This document shows positions 39,279 to 54,003 of a stretch of 64,000 bases of DNA, one piece after another (positions within the stretch are counted from its first letter, which is position 1; every line of letters begins with the position of its first letter). Position numbers and translations under genes: made by a program. The DNA comes from the human T2T-CHM13v2.0 reference genome, Homo sapiens. The notes beneath the pieces are model-generated. The model ran no database searches and had not been told where the DNA came from. It saw only the letters and a program-made list of their open reading frames with translations. The stretch is from the NCBI RefSeq assembly GCF_009914755.1, contig NC_060926.1; one strand, given 5' to 3'.

Positions 39279-40824
39279 GACTCTGAACCTCTAAAATTTC
39301 CCATTTTCAATAGGCTGAGCAAGAGAAGTAAAATACAAAGGGAAAGACATTATGAAAATATTACAGAGATAACATATTAGGAAGACCGCAGCACTGCTTT
39401 CTCAGAAAAAGTGAAGGGAAATGATGGCTATATATCTAATTATGAAGAGTATAATCATTATTTTGGAGGCAAGAGAGGTCAGATCAGAGGACTCTGAGTG
39501 TTATGCTATGACCTGGCCATTGTCTTTTAGGAAATTTAGAAGCGGCAGAGTCTCAACAAAAAGGAAAGAACTGGTACAGTGAATTAAAAATTAAAAGACT
39601 CTAGTTATTGCAGTGCTTAGAAATATCACAACAAGTGCAGTCAGGAATTTAGTCTGTGCTACACACATCTTTCTAACTTTACAATACTACGTTGACAGAC
39701 AAGCACCTTCATTAACGCAGTGAGGCACCTGGTCTTGAAAAAAGGAGGCAGTTCAGGACATGTGAAAACACTCATTCAGTGCCATAAGCAAGCTTCCACC
39801 ACTGTAGTTACCAGTCTGTGTGTGTATGAATTCTTGTGATGTGTTCAGCTCTGTCTTAGAGCTGCTTCTATGGCAACTGACATGGATAAAAAAGGATAAA
39901 CATTTGATAAAAGCAAACAGGAAAAAAATCTCTTCCTCTGGGGTGTAATAAATATGGTGAGTTTTGTAATGGGAAGCTTTCACAGCATGATGTTTTGGAA
40001 GGAAAATCCATATTAGGCAACCTGCTCATGGACGGTCCAGCAACTTACCAGAATGACTGTGGGGCTTACAAAACGATCAGCTCATTTGCTCATCTATACA
40101 CGCGTGGGAGCAAACCCTATATATCGTATACTGTGCTTGGCACTATAAAGAATGCTAAGACACATGCTACTAAATGTTGCATCTTAAGTGGAAAAACAAA
40201 TAAAATAAAAATCCAGACAGTTAATTAAATTACAGAGATGTATGTAATAAACATCCTAAAAGCTGTAATAAAACAAATTTTAGAGATTTTAAAGGAGCAA
40301 AACATAATTTCAACTGAGTATATTAGGAGAAAAAGCAGAGAGGAAGTGGTGTTTGAGTCAATAAAATAACGCATACGTTAAAAGTCAGATATTCATTGAA
40401 TATTATTTCAAATACACAGAAAAATAATAATAAAAAAATTATTTGGAATCACCAAAATATAATTACTGTTTAGCATGGTGGTATATTTTCTTCAAGTCTT
40501 TTTACATATAAATGAGAGAAAAAGTAATATTTTATTTAATGCATTTTTTCTGATTTTTCTCCTTGTCCCTATTCTATAAGTATTTTCCCACATTTTCCCC
40601 TAGCCTTAATGAATGTGATTTCTTACAAACACATTGTGATTACTCCTTGGAATCCCTCCTTCTTTAATGGTTGAGGTCTCCCTGGGGGATCCAGGGCAAT
40701 CAAGAGAAGATAGAGACCGAGACCAGTCAGTCTTATAGAACCTAAGGAAACTTTATTGAATTCATAATGCCTAGTGTCATGATAGAAACAGACAGTCAGG
40801 CAATGTGATTTCCAAAACCCGGCT

Positions 40825-40892
40825 AAATGGAGTAAAACATTTTTCCTACTAATATATCAAATGGAGTAAAACAGTTTTCCTAATAATACATC
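40825..40892 (+). repeat. 34-bp tandem duplication
   Basis: aaatggagtaaaacatttttcctactaatatatc / aaatggagtaaaacagttttcctaataatacatc (3 mismatches). Confidence 0.9.
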
Positions 40893-41110
40893 ATTTGAGT
40901 TTCAATCAACTTTATTTCTTTATCAGTGCAACTTCATCCCATTATAAAAATCCACATCCCACATTATTTAGCAAGGGTCATTAACGGAGAGGCAGAAGAA
41001 AAGCTTTACGTTTTCTTTGGGTTTCTCATCTGGCTTTTTCTTAGTAGTTTGTGGGCCATGAAAATATTGGATATATTTCAGGGCTTCTGATAACTAGGTA
41101 ACCAGTATAC

Positions 41111-41828
<718 letters not shown>

Positions 41829-42293
41829 TTGATGCATTATGTTTACTGTGTCCACGTGAGCATCTTGGAGTCAGCATCTACATAACTAAATATGATTATG
41901 CCAACTTTTGGATTCAACATGGCAGTGTAAAGGATATGCGACATCTCTCTTCCCCAAAACCACACCTCTATATATTACACACAAATAAGAAATAGAAGCT
42001 TCACCACTGATGAAAACAAGGAGTCATTTGTAACTTGCACCAAATGTAGAGAGCAAATGATAGATAGGTAAATGACTTGGCAGAGAATCCAACCCAAGTG
42101 TTTGCAGGGGAAGTACCAATAAGACCCTGATTTCTCCACTGGAATCCATTTTGAAGTTAGGTGATAAAGAGTCAGGAATTGCTGGTACTGCAGAAAGTAG
42201 GAATGGCACAGGAAGTGAAAACTAATCAACGGTTTGATTGTTGTAGAAAGGAGTGCTCGGGCTCCGTCTTTGTTTCCCGTCCCTTTAGATTGA

Positions 42294-42592
<299 letters not shown>

Positions 42593-43364
42593 TATTTTTC
42601 TCTTAAAAACGGAATCAGAAGGACTTCTGACATGGGATATCAGGCATTAGAGGAGGACAAATTGAGAGCTCCTACTGGGAACTGAATCCCTAAATAAAAC
42701 TCTGCCTCTAATACGGAGGCCTCTTAGCACTTTTTCCCTATGCAACTCCAGAAAATCAACTGCCATGTTAATAAATATAAAGAAAAAGGAAGGAAGGACC
42801 TTCTCTGATTAAAAAGCAAAAAGTGGCCATCTATTTGCTCTGCATTGAAACCTCCCTGTTTATAAGAACTACCTAATCACAGAGATTTCAATTCCAGCTT
42901 ATGTTTCTCTTTTTTAGTGTCTCTTTATTGCATATTAATGGACAGTTCACTTCTAGGAAGAGATAAAAGTGTCCTTGTGCCTCTTGGTGATGTCTTCTCT
43001 TAGCAAGAGTAGTATCATGGGCTATGTCCTAGAGACTGCAAAGTCATACCTCCATCTGGGAATATCCTGCTCTAATCTCCTAATTTGTGATATTTATAAA
43101 TTCCCACTAGAAATTCTTAATTTATAAATCCCACTCCTAATTTATAAATTCTCACTAGAAAACTCATTGTCTTCTGTGTTACCATTTCTCAAACAAATAT
43201 ATCATGATTCTGTTTTGAAAGTCTCATAGCAATATGCTCTTATTATTTAGAGATATGAATGTAAACATCTGAAAAAAGTACTAAAAGAATTGAATGCGAT
43301 TGCATCTGGAGAGTGGGATGAAGTAGGAGTAAAAGGAAGGACAATTGTTGCCTGGAAAAATTCT

Positions 43365-43659
43365 GGCCACTTGGCAGCTCACACCTGTAATCCTAGCACT
43401 TTGGGAGGTTGAGGTGGGCAGATCACTTGAGGTCAGGAGTTCGAAATCAGCCTGGCCAACATGGTGAAACATGGTCTCTACTAGAAATACAAAAAAATTT
43501 AGCCGTGAATGGTGGCAGGGGCCTGTAATCCCAGCTACTTGGGAGGCTGAGGCAGGAGAATCACTTGAACCTGGGGGGCGGATGTTGCAGTCAGCCAAGA
43601 TCACACCACTGTACTCCAGCCTGGGAGACAGAGTGAGACTGCCTCAAAAACAGAAAAGA
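43365..43659 (+). mobile_element. AluSz/Sx
   Basis: 'gatcacttgaggtcaggagttcg'; degenerate TSD gaaaaattct/gaaaaatatct. Confidence 0.93.
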
Positions 43660-43756
43660 GAAAAATATCTTTTAAACTTTCTGATTTTTAAAAATAGCTT
43701 ACCTAATACCTTGATACCTTTATATGAGAGAGAAGAAAAATGGATGTTAGAAATGA

Positions 43757-44091
<335 letters not shown>

Positions 44092-45828
44092 CCAAATTTA
44101 AAGTATTTTTAAATCAGATGGCAGTAGACATTTCAGTTTTATACAGATTTGCCAAGTTTTGGGAATTATTGTATTGTAAAAAGTTCCAATAAAAAATAAT
44201 TAATATACAAATATTTTAATTGTGTGTTTGTTTGGCCTAAACATTCTTCTTTCTTTCTAATATATTTATAATTATTTTTCCTTGCTAGATTCCAAAAAAC
44301 AATTCTGGTCTAAAAAGAAAGAAAATTTTCCAGCCTCTTGAAACTTGTCAAATTACTTTTTGAGATATTTATAACAATAGTCACACTTATCAAGTAACAA
44401 CTGATAGGTACCCTCAAAGTAGGAACATTCTATGATTTTGGGGACCTGCAAATAGCCCATTGTGGATTATCCACATAATGGAAAACAGCAGGAAAAATAA
44501 TTAGAAAGTTGTATTTGGACCAGTTAAGAAAGGTTTGACTGAGACATATTATATTAATATATTATTTTGGCAATGGGGAGTCATTGTTTTTCTTTGTAAA
44601 TGAGGAACAAAAAAGGGCATAATTTAACATGAGAGTTTCCTCATGGGTTTCCTTTGTTTTTTCTTTTCAGAACAGAAAAAGAAAGGAGAAGAAGAAACTC
44701 ATGTCAAATTATGTTGATATAAATGAATTGGAAAGTAAGATTAATAAAGTTATTGGGTTATTGGCTTATCTATTGGTATTAAGAGGTTAAAGCAAAAAGT
44801 GAGTGCTTGAAGGTGTTGGTATTGAGGTCAAAACAGTAAGTGAATGCTTGAAGGAATATCTACAAATGGAAAGTTAAAAAAGGAATAAAAATATTTCGCC
44901 TTTTTAGCAGGGAGGGTGTAACTAAAAGGTAGAAAGAGTGATATGCAGAGATCTAAGTCAGAAAAAGATCAGTTAAGTTTAGGAACAGAAAAATACATAA
45001 TATGAGGGCTACTCTGAATGTACACAGTATTATTGTCTTTGGGTAGAATATTGACAAACTAATTTCTAAGATGTCATTGATTGCATCATTAAATTATCTT
45101 AATATGGAGTTCAGGCAAGGTAGAGAAACTGATAACCCAAGAAAATAGAGCAAGATTATAAAGATAAGCCATAGTGAGGCAAAATTTGGTTTAGTGAAAA
45201 AAAATTATGTGGAAGGGGTAGAAAGAATACGTGGTCAGAGAGGAAATTGTTTCTTGACCATTCGTAAGCAGTTATCTAGACTTTCTAGGACATTTCAACA
45301 GTACTGAGAACAGGCTGGGAGTGAAGAGGCCCCGTGCTGAGCAGGCTGTGTGCAGTCTCAGAGCCAGAAAAGCTCTGCTCTCTCTCAAATGGGCCAGGCA
45401 CATGCAGTCCCAGCCATTCTCCTCAGGCAGCTGGCTGAGAGGTATAGTATCCTTCCTTCACAATGCCCAAAAACCTCAAGAAATAATAAAATTAATAGTC
45501 AGGTACATAAAAGTAGATATAAAATAAAATTTTTGAGTACCTCTGCAATATCCCTGGTCCCTTTATTTGGTCCTTTTGTGTCATAATCACATTCCTTTGT
45601 GATCTGCTTTGGCAATGAAAAAGTAAGTGTAGAATGCTTTGGAAATTTTAAAAATAGATTTTTTTATCCTCTTTCTTCACACACTTTTGAAATCTATTTC
45701 TCTTAAAAACCCTAAGCATCTGGGTAGGAAATGGACAGTTTACTTCAGTTGAATTTACATGTAATAAAAGGTAGCAGTTATAAGTGCACAGCTTGATGAG
45801 TTTTGACAAATGTAAATACCCACATAAC

Positions 45829-47037
45829 TGAGAGGTGACAACGTGCTGGCAGTCCTCACAGCCCTCGCTCGCTCTCCGTGCCTCCTCTGCCTGGGCTCCC
45901 ACTTTGGCGGCACTTGAGGAGCCCTTTAGCCCACTGCTGCACTGTGGGAGCCCCTTTCTGGGCTGGCCTAGGCCGGAGCCGGCTCCCTCAGCTTGCAGGG
46001 AGGTGTGGAGGGAGAGGCGCGAGCGGGAACCGGGGCTGCGCGCGGCGCTTGCGGACCAGCTGGAGTTCCGGGTGGGCGTGGCTTGGCGGGCCCCACACTC
46101 GGAGCAGCCGGCCGGCCCTGCCGGCCCCGGGCAATGAGGGGCTTAGCACCCGGGCCAGCGGCTGCGGAGGATGTACTGGGTCCCCCAGCAGTTCCAGCCC
46201 ACCGGCGCTTTGCTCGATTTCTCACCGGGCCTTAGCTGCCTTCCCTCGGGGCAGGGCTCCGGACCTGCAGCCCACCATGCCTGAGCCTCCCACCCACTCC
46301 ATGGGCTCCTGTGCGGCCTGAGCCTCCCTGACGAGCGCCACCCCCTGCACCGGGGCGCCCAGTCCCATCGACCACCCAAGGGCTGAGGAGTGGGGGCGCA
46401 AGGCACCGGGACTTGCAGGCGGCTCCACCTGCAGCCCCGGTGCGGGATCCACTGGGTGAAGCCAGCTGGGCTCCTGAGTCTGGTGGGGATGTGGAGAACC
46501 TTTGTGTCTAGCTCAGGGATTGTAAACGCACCAATCAGCGCCCTGTCAAAACAGACCACTCGGCTCTACCAATCAGCAGGATGTGGATGGGGCCAGATAT
46601 AAAAGCAGGCTGCCCGAGCTAGCAGTGGCAACCGGCTCGGGTCTCCTTACGCACTGTGGAAGCTTTGTTCCTTCGCTCTTTGCAATAAATCTTGCTACTG
46701 CTCACACTTTGGGTCCACACTGCCTTTATGAGCTGTAACACTCACCGGGAAGGCCTGCAGCTTCACTCCTGAGCCAGCGAGACCACGAGCCCACCAGGAG
46801 GAACGAACAACTCCAGAGGCGCCGCCTTAAGAGCTGTAACCCGGCAAAGGTCTGCAGCTTCACTCCTGAGCCAGGGAGACCACGAACCCACCAGAAGGAA
46901 GAAACTCCAAACACATCCGAACATCAGAAGGAACAAACTCCAGACGCGCCACCTTAAGAGCTGTAACACTCACTGGGAGGGTCCGCGGCTTCATTCTTGA
47001 AGTCAGTGAGACCAAGAACCCACCAATTCCGGACACA
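45829..47037 (+). mobile_element. LTR12C (ERV9/HERV9) solo LTR, CpG-rich
   Basis: tgagaggtgacaacgtgctggcagtcctcacagccctcgc...caccaattccggacaca; 4-bp TSD taac at 45825-45828 and 47038-47041. Confidence 0.96.
46525..46690 (+). promoter_or_regulatory. LTR12C promoter core: CCAAT boxes, TATA box, poly(A) signal
   Basis: CCAAT at 46531 and 46569; TATAAAAG at 46598-46605; AATAAA at 46684. Confidence 0.65.
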
Positions 47038-47341
47038 TAACCACTATGCTAGACCAGATACAGGAAATCTTCATAACCTCAGGAAGTTCTCCTGTGCCTC
47101 TTTGCAGTCACTTCCTCTCCGTGTCTTCCTCCCACCCCCGCCATCTGAGGCAACCACAACTGGAATTTCTATCATATTGTGTTAAATTACTACTTCTAGA
47201 AATTCATGTAAATGAAATCAACCAGAATGTGATGTTTTCAGGTAAGGCTTCTTTTATTCTGCATAATATTTTTGTTTCTGTTTTTAAGATTCATTCATGT
47301 TGTTTGTGTATCATTAGTTCATTTTATTTTATTTCTGAATA

Positions 47342-47654
47342 CAGATTGAGTATTCCTTATCCTAAATGCTTGGGACTCAAAATGTTTTTTTTTTAATATT
47401 TGCATATACATAATGAGAAATCTTGGGGATGGGACCCAAGTCTAAACACAAAATTTGTTTTTGTTTCATACACATCTTATACGCATAGTTTGAATGTAAT
47501 TTTATGCAATATTTTAAAATAATGTTTTGCATTAAAGTTTTGACTGTGACTCATCACGAGGTCAGATGTGGAGTTTTCCACTTGTGGCATCATGTCAGCG
47601 CTCAAACAGTTTTGAATTTTAGAATAGATTTTCAGATTAGAGATGTTCAACCTG
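47342..47654. mobile_element. Tigger4b/MER46B (TcMar-Tigger)
   Basis: TIRs cagattgagtattcc...agatgttcaacctg flanked by TA on both sides. Confidence 0.85.
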
Positions 47655-47886
47655 TAGTGGGTTTTATTATGAATTTATCACAATCAATTTTTACGCTCAT
47701 TTGTTGTTAGACATTTATGTTGTTTGCAGTTTGGGCCTATTATAAAGATTTTATGAACATTCTTGGACAAAGCTTTGATACACATATGCTTTTATTTTTC
47801 TTGACCAAATAGGAGTGGAATTCCTGAATTATAAGGGAGGTAGTTGCTTAAGTTAATGAGACAGCCTAAGATAACATTTTACAATC

Positions 47887-48366
47887 TATGGTAGAGGGAA
47901 TCATGGTCCTCTAAAGATATCCTAATCCCCAGAATTTGAAAATGTTACCTTACATGACAAAAGGGATTTTGCAGATGTGATTAAATTAAGAATCTTGAGA
48001 TGGGGGATTATCCTGGGTTATCCTTGTGGGCCTAATTTAATTACAAGTAATTCCTTATAAGAAGGAGGCAGGAAAGTCAAAATCAGAGAGAGGAGATATG
48101 ATGATGGGAGAAAAGGCTGGAATAATACACTTTAAAGATGGAAGAAGGAGCCATAAGCCGAAGAATGCAGGCGGCTTTTAGAACCTAGGGAAGTCAGAGA
48201 AATTGATTATGTCCTAAGCCTCCAGAAGAAAGATAGCACTGCTGATACCTTGGTTTTAGACTTCAGACCTGTAACCTCGAAAATTGCATGACAGTAAATT
48301 TGTATTGTTATAAGCCCCTAAGAAGTATTTTTATTTTACAGCAGCAAGAAAAAAATAATTAATACA
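47887..48366 (+). mobile_element. MLT1C/D MaLR solo LTR
   Basis: 'gttaccttacatgacaaaagggattttgcagatgtgattaaattaag...cagcagcaagaaaaaaataattaataca'. Confidence 0.88.
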
Positions 48367-48692
48367 CATTGGTACTATCAATGTGTGATAGTTACAATTA
48401 AATTGCATCTCATAAAAATTTGAAATGCTCAGTCCATTTAATTTTGGTCATTCTAATGGATATATACTCATATCTCACCGTGGTTTTAATTTGCAGTTTG
48501 TATTTACCTAACGAGTATTAATTTTGACTGCATTCTTAGTACTTTCCAAAAATCCATAAATTTTCTTTGGTAAAGTGTCCAATTTAATTATCATTTTTAT
48601 TATGCTGTTTGCCTTTTATTATTGAATTGAAGTTCCCATTTATTCCATACACTAGTTTTTTTATGATATATGTATGCAAATATTTTCTCTAA

Positions 48693-49032
<340 letters not shown>

Positions 49033-49092
49033 TAATGAGCAGAACATTTTAATATTGTTGTAGTTTAATTAGTCCTTACTTTTTATGGTTAA

Positions 49093-49437
<345 letters not shown>

Positions 49438-49590
49438 TGAGTCCTAAGAAATATTTATCACTTCAGTATAAAAATACGTTCTCTATTTTTTATGTTGACT
49501 TTTTTATAGTTTTAGCTTAAATGTTTAGGTGTATGATATAATTAATGAAATGTTGTTCATCATTTGATGTAAAGATTGAGGTTTATTATT

Positions 49591-51366
49591 ATTATTTTTT
49601 CATTTTTTATTTGGTTACAAAATTATGTTCTTTAGTGGTGATTTGTGAGATTTTGGTGCACCCATCACCTGAGCAGTATGTGCTGCACCCAATTTGTAGT
49701 ATTTTATCCCTCACCCCCCTTCCCACACTTTCCCCCAGAGTCCCCAAAGTTTATTGCATCATTCTTATCCCTTTGCATCCTCATAGCTTAGCTCCCACTT
49801 ATGAGTGAGAATATACGATGTTTGGTTTTCCATTCCTGAGTTTTTTCACTTAGAATAATAGTCTCCAATCCCATCTAGGTCACTGTGAATGCCATTAATT
49901 GGTTCCTTTTTATGGCTGAGTAGTATTCCATCATAGATATATACTACAGTTTCTTTATCCACTAGTTGATTGTTGGGTATTTGGGCTGTTTCCACAGTTT
50001 TGCAATTGCTTATTGTGCTGCTATAAACATGAGTGTGCAAATATCTTTCTGACATAATGACTTCTTTTCCCCTGGGTAGATACCCAGTAGTGGGATTGCT
50101 GGATCAAATAGTGGTTCTACTTTTAGTTCTTTAAGGAATCTCCAAGCTGTTTTCCGTAGTAGTTGTAGTAGTTTACATTCCCTCCAGCAGTGTAGAAGTG
50201 TTCCCTGTTCACTGCATCCACATCAACATCTATTATCTTTTGATTTGTTGATTATGGCCATTCTTGCAGGAGTGAGGTGGTGGTAGCGCATGGTGGTTTT
50301 GATTTGCATTTCCCTGATCATTAGTGATGTTGAGCATTTTTTCAGATACCTGTTGTCCATTTGCATATCATCTTTTGAGAATTGTCTATTCATGTCCTTA
50401 GCCCACTTTTAGATGGGATTGTTTGTTTTTTTTCTTGCTAATTTGTTTGAGTTTTGGGTAGATTTTTGATATTCGTCCTTTATCAGATGTGTAGATTGTG
50501 AAGATTTTCTCCCACTCTGAGGTTTGTCTGTTTACTCTGCTGACTGTTCCTTTTGCTGTGCACAAGCTCTTTAGTTTAATTAAGTCCCACCTATGTATCT
50601 TTGTTTTTGTTACATCCACTTTTGAGTTCTTTGTTATAAAATATTTGCCTAAACCAATGTCTAGAAGGATTTTTCTGATGTTATCTTCAAAAATTGTTAT
50701 AGTTTCATGTCTTAGATTTAAATCCTTGATCCATCTTGAGTTGATTTTTGTATAAGGCGAGAAATGAGAATCCAGCTTCATTCTCCTACATGTGGCTAGC
50801 CAATTATCCCAGCCCCATTTGTTGAATAGGGTGTCCTTTCCCCACTTTATGTTTTTGTTTGCTTTGTCAAAGATTAGTTGGCTGTAAGTATTTGGCTTTT
50901 ATTTCTCTGTTCTCTATTCTGTTCCATTGATCTATGAGCCTATTTTTATGCCAGTACCATGCTGTTTTGTTGACTATGGCCTTATAGTATAGTTTGAAAT
51001 CAGTTAATGTGATGCCTCCAGATTTGTTCTTTTTGCAAGTTGAGAATCAAATAAAGAACTCAACTCCTTTTACAAGCTGCAAAAAATAAAAATAAAATCC
51101 TTAGGAATGTAACTAGTCAAGGAAGTGACAGACCTCTACAAGAAAAACTATAAAACACGCTGAAAGAAATCATAGATGACACACAAATGGAAACACATCC
51201 CATGGTCATGGATGGGTAGAATCGATATTGTAAAAATGACCATACTGCCAAAAGCAGTCTACAAATTCAATGCAATTCCCACCAAAATACCACCATCATT
51301 TTCACAGAACTAGGAAAAATAATCTTATAGTTCATATCAAACCAATAAAGAGCCCACATAGCCAAA
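49591..51366 (-). mobile_element. L1PB1-like 3' fragment with 5' inversion (51036-51366 on + strand)
   Basis: L1PB 3' UTR; antisense ORF2 to 51036, then sense ORF2; perfect 13-bp TSD gaggtttattatt at 49578-49590 and 51367-51379. Confidence 0.93.
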
Positions 51367-52919
51367 GAGGTTTATTATTTTTCACAGAGCTTTCTAGTTG
51401 TTCCAGGACTCTGTTGAAAAGACTTTTCTTTCCTCATTAAATTACCTTGCTGCTTTCATTAAAAATAAATTGACTGGCTGTATATGGTTCTATTTCTGGA
51501 CTCTCAGTTTGGTTCAATTGATCTATTTTTGTTCATTCTTAATTTATAAAATATTGATCTTGTATATTACAAACTTATTTTTAGCAGCACTTTTTGATGA
51601 GTATAAAATTTTAATTATGTAGAAATTCAATTTATACAGTTTTTTTCCTGATATTGTTTTCATATTTTTTTTTTCATATTTTTAACCATACCTAAGAAAA
51701 GTGTTTCTACTCTAAGGCAGTGAAAATACTCTCTTATTTTTTACAGAGTCCTTAGGCTTTTCTGTATAACATCTCATCATTTGTAAATCAGAGTAGTTTT
51801 ATCTATGCCTTTCTAAACTTTGTCTTATTTGTTTTTCTTACTGTATTTCATTGGCTAATGCTTCTAGCACATTATTGAAAATAAATGGTGAGAGGAAATA
51901 TCCTTGCCTTGTTCCCAATATTGGAAAGCCTTCAGTAGTTTGCCGTTAAGTTCAATATTTTAATTGGAATTTCTTTTTAAGTTGCCCTTTAACAGGTTGA
52001 GTAAGTTCTCGTCTACTCCTACCTAACATTTTAAAAGAGAATGTGTTGATTCATTGTGAAATCCCTTTTCTGTGTTTATGGAGATTACCACAAGTTTAAT
52101 CGTCTTTATTCTACTGATTCTTTTCTTCAATATTCTATTAATTACATAATATTACATAATGCGATTTTTGAATGTTGGATCAACTTTATATTCTTGTGGT
52201 AACTCGTCCTTGGTATATTATTATTCTTACATATTGCTACATTTAGTTTTCTACTATTTTGTTGAGGACATATTTGTTATATTTATAGGGAATATTGATC
52301 TATGATTTTCTTTCTGTGATTTCAAAAATCAAATAAAATTCTTGCAAGGTTTTGATATTAATGTTATGTGACTTTATAAAACTTTTTGGGACTAGTCCTC
52401 TCCTCCTGTGTTTTTATAGTTTACATAAGTTGGTTTTTTCTCCTCTTAAACATAATGTACTAATAAAACATCTGAGTTGGCATTAGGATTTTATTTTTTA
52501 AAAGTTTTAAGTGTGAATTCAGTATTTCAAAGTAGATATAGAATTAATCAGATTTTCTGTTTTTCTTTTATTTTTTGGTAAATTGTATTGTTCAAAGATA
52601 TTTTCTATTCTATCTAAATTGTTGGATTTATTGGCATATAGTTTTAAAATGATTTCTTATTTTTCTCTTTAATGTTTGTATGATCTTTAATGTTCTGAAA
52701 TATACCTCTTTCATTTCTGGCAATTTATGTGTGAGTGTATTTTTCTTTACCAATTTTGCTAGCTGGAATATTCCATAAATGTCAATTAGATCAAGTTAAT
52801 TGACAGTGCTGTTTAGGTTATCTACATCCTTGATGATGTTCAGCTGGTTGTGTTTATCAGCTATTGACAGAGAGGTGTTGAAGGCTTGAGATAGTCACAA
52901 TTTCACTTTCCAGTTTCTT

Positions 52920-53366
52920 GTGTTATTGCTGCCAGGCTCCATCATGATTACTGTTTCCTTCCCCTTACCAGAGCCATGTGGGGGTCCTTCCAGATCCTCA
53001 CTCTGAGAACTTGGTAGGGTTTTTGGAGGGAAAGCCTGCAAAAATGTGGGCCCTTCGTAAGACTGCAACAAACAGGGGTTTCTCACTTAGACTAATCTGC
53101 ACTCAGCTTCTAGCAATTTGTCAAAATCACTATTTAAGTTTCTTTCCACTTGAGGCATCAGTAGCTTCTGCTCCAGATAAGCAGATCTTGATTGCCATAT
53201 TTCTCTGAATATCTTTAGATTTAATGGTGATATTTTCCATGTGACTTCAGGCCTCTGATGAGTCCATGAAAATATTTTGGTTTTCAATTTGTTCAGCTTC
53301 TTTGTGTTGTAAGGTCAGGAGTGACAACTTGCATGGCATTTACTTGTCATGAGGACAACCAGGAGA
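52920..53366 (-). mobile_element. L1M4-like 5' UTR fragment
   Basis: 'ttttcaatttgttcagcttctttgtgttgtaaggtcaggagtgacaacttgcatggcatttacttgtc' resembles an antisense old L1M 5' end. Confidence 0.65.
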
Positions 53367-53785
53367 TCTCAATTACCTTTTAAGACATATTTTGAAATGA
53401 AAAATATTTTATATTTCACATATATTTTTCTTGTCTGGTGCTCTTCTTTCTTTTGTATAAATCCAAATTTTCACCTGGCATAGTTTTCCTTATGTGTTAG
53501 AAATGTTTGTTGTTGTTGTTGTTAATCATTTGATGTAGTATAGGTTGGCTTAGCATAAATTATCTTAGCTGCTGTTTGTCTAAGTCTTATTTCTCTTCAT
53601 TTTTGAAGATTGTTTTTTTCGTTTCTCACTAGAAAGTTTTCTATATGTCTTTTTTGTCAAGGTGTTTTAAAATTTTTCCTTTATTATTATTTATATATTT
53701 TTAGAACTTTGATTACAACCTGCTTTTATGTGGTTTCTTTGAATTTGTTCTACTTGCGGTCCACTGAGAGTTTTGACTTAGTGAA

Positions 53786-54003
53786 TGTATTAGTCCATTT
53801 TGCATGACTATAAAGGAATACTTGAGGCTATGGTAATTTATAAAGAACAGGATTTATTTGGTTGATGGTTCTGCAGACTGTACAAGAAACATGGTGCTGG
53901 CATCTGCTTCTGGTGAGGGCCCTTTTCCAGTTTTACCACCTCCAACACTGGGGATCACATTTGAACATGCAATTTAGAGGGGACAAATGTCCAGACCATA
54001 TCA
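53786..54003 (-). mobile_element. internally deleted MSTB-like LTR (218 bp)
   Basis: both termini present (tgtattagtcc...gaccatatca); the middle is missing after 'ctggtgagggcc'. Confidence 0.85.

Noticed and set aside
45835-46969. Cluster of overlapping GC-rich ORFs of 62-147 aa and a CpG-island-like stretch
   Set aside because: Entirely within LTR12C; GC-rich DNA is stop-poor, so this is not a host gene
46720-46980. Repeated 'gagctgtaac...ctgcagcttcactcctgagccag' units resembling a repeat-spacer array
   Set aside because: Normal U5 tandem repeats of ERV9/LTR12; eukaryotic context, no cas genes
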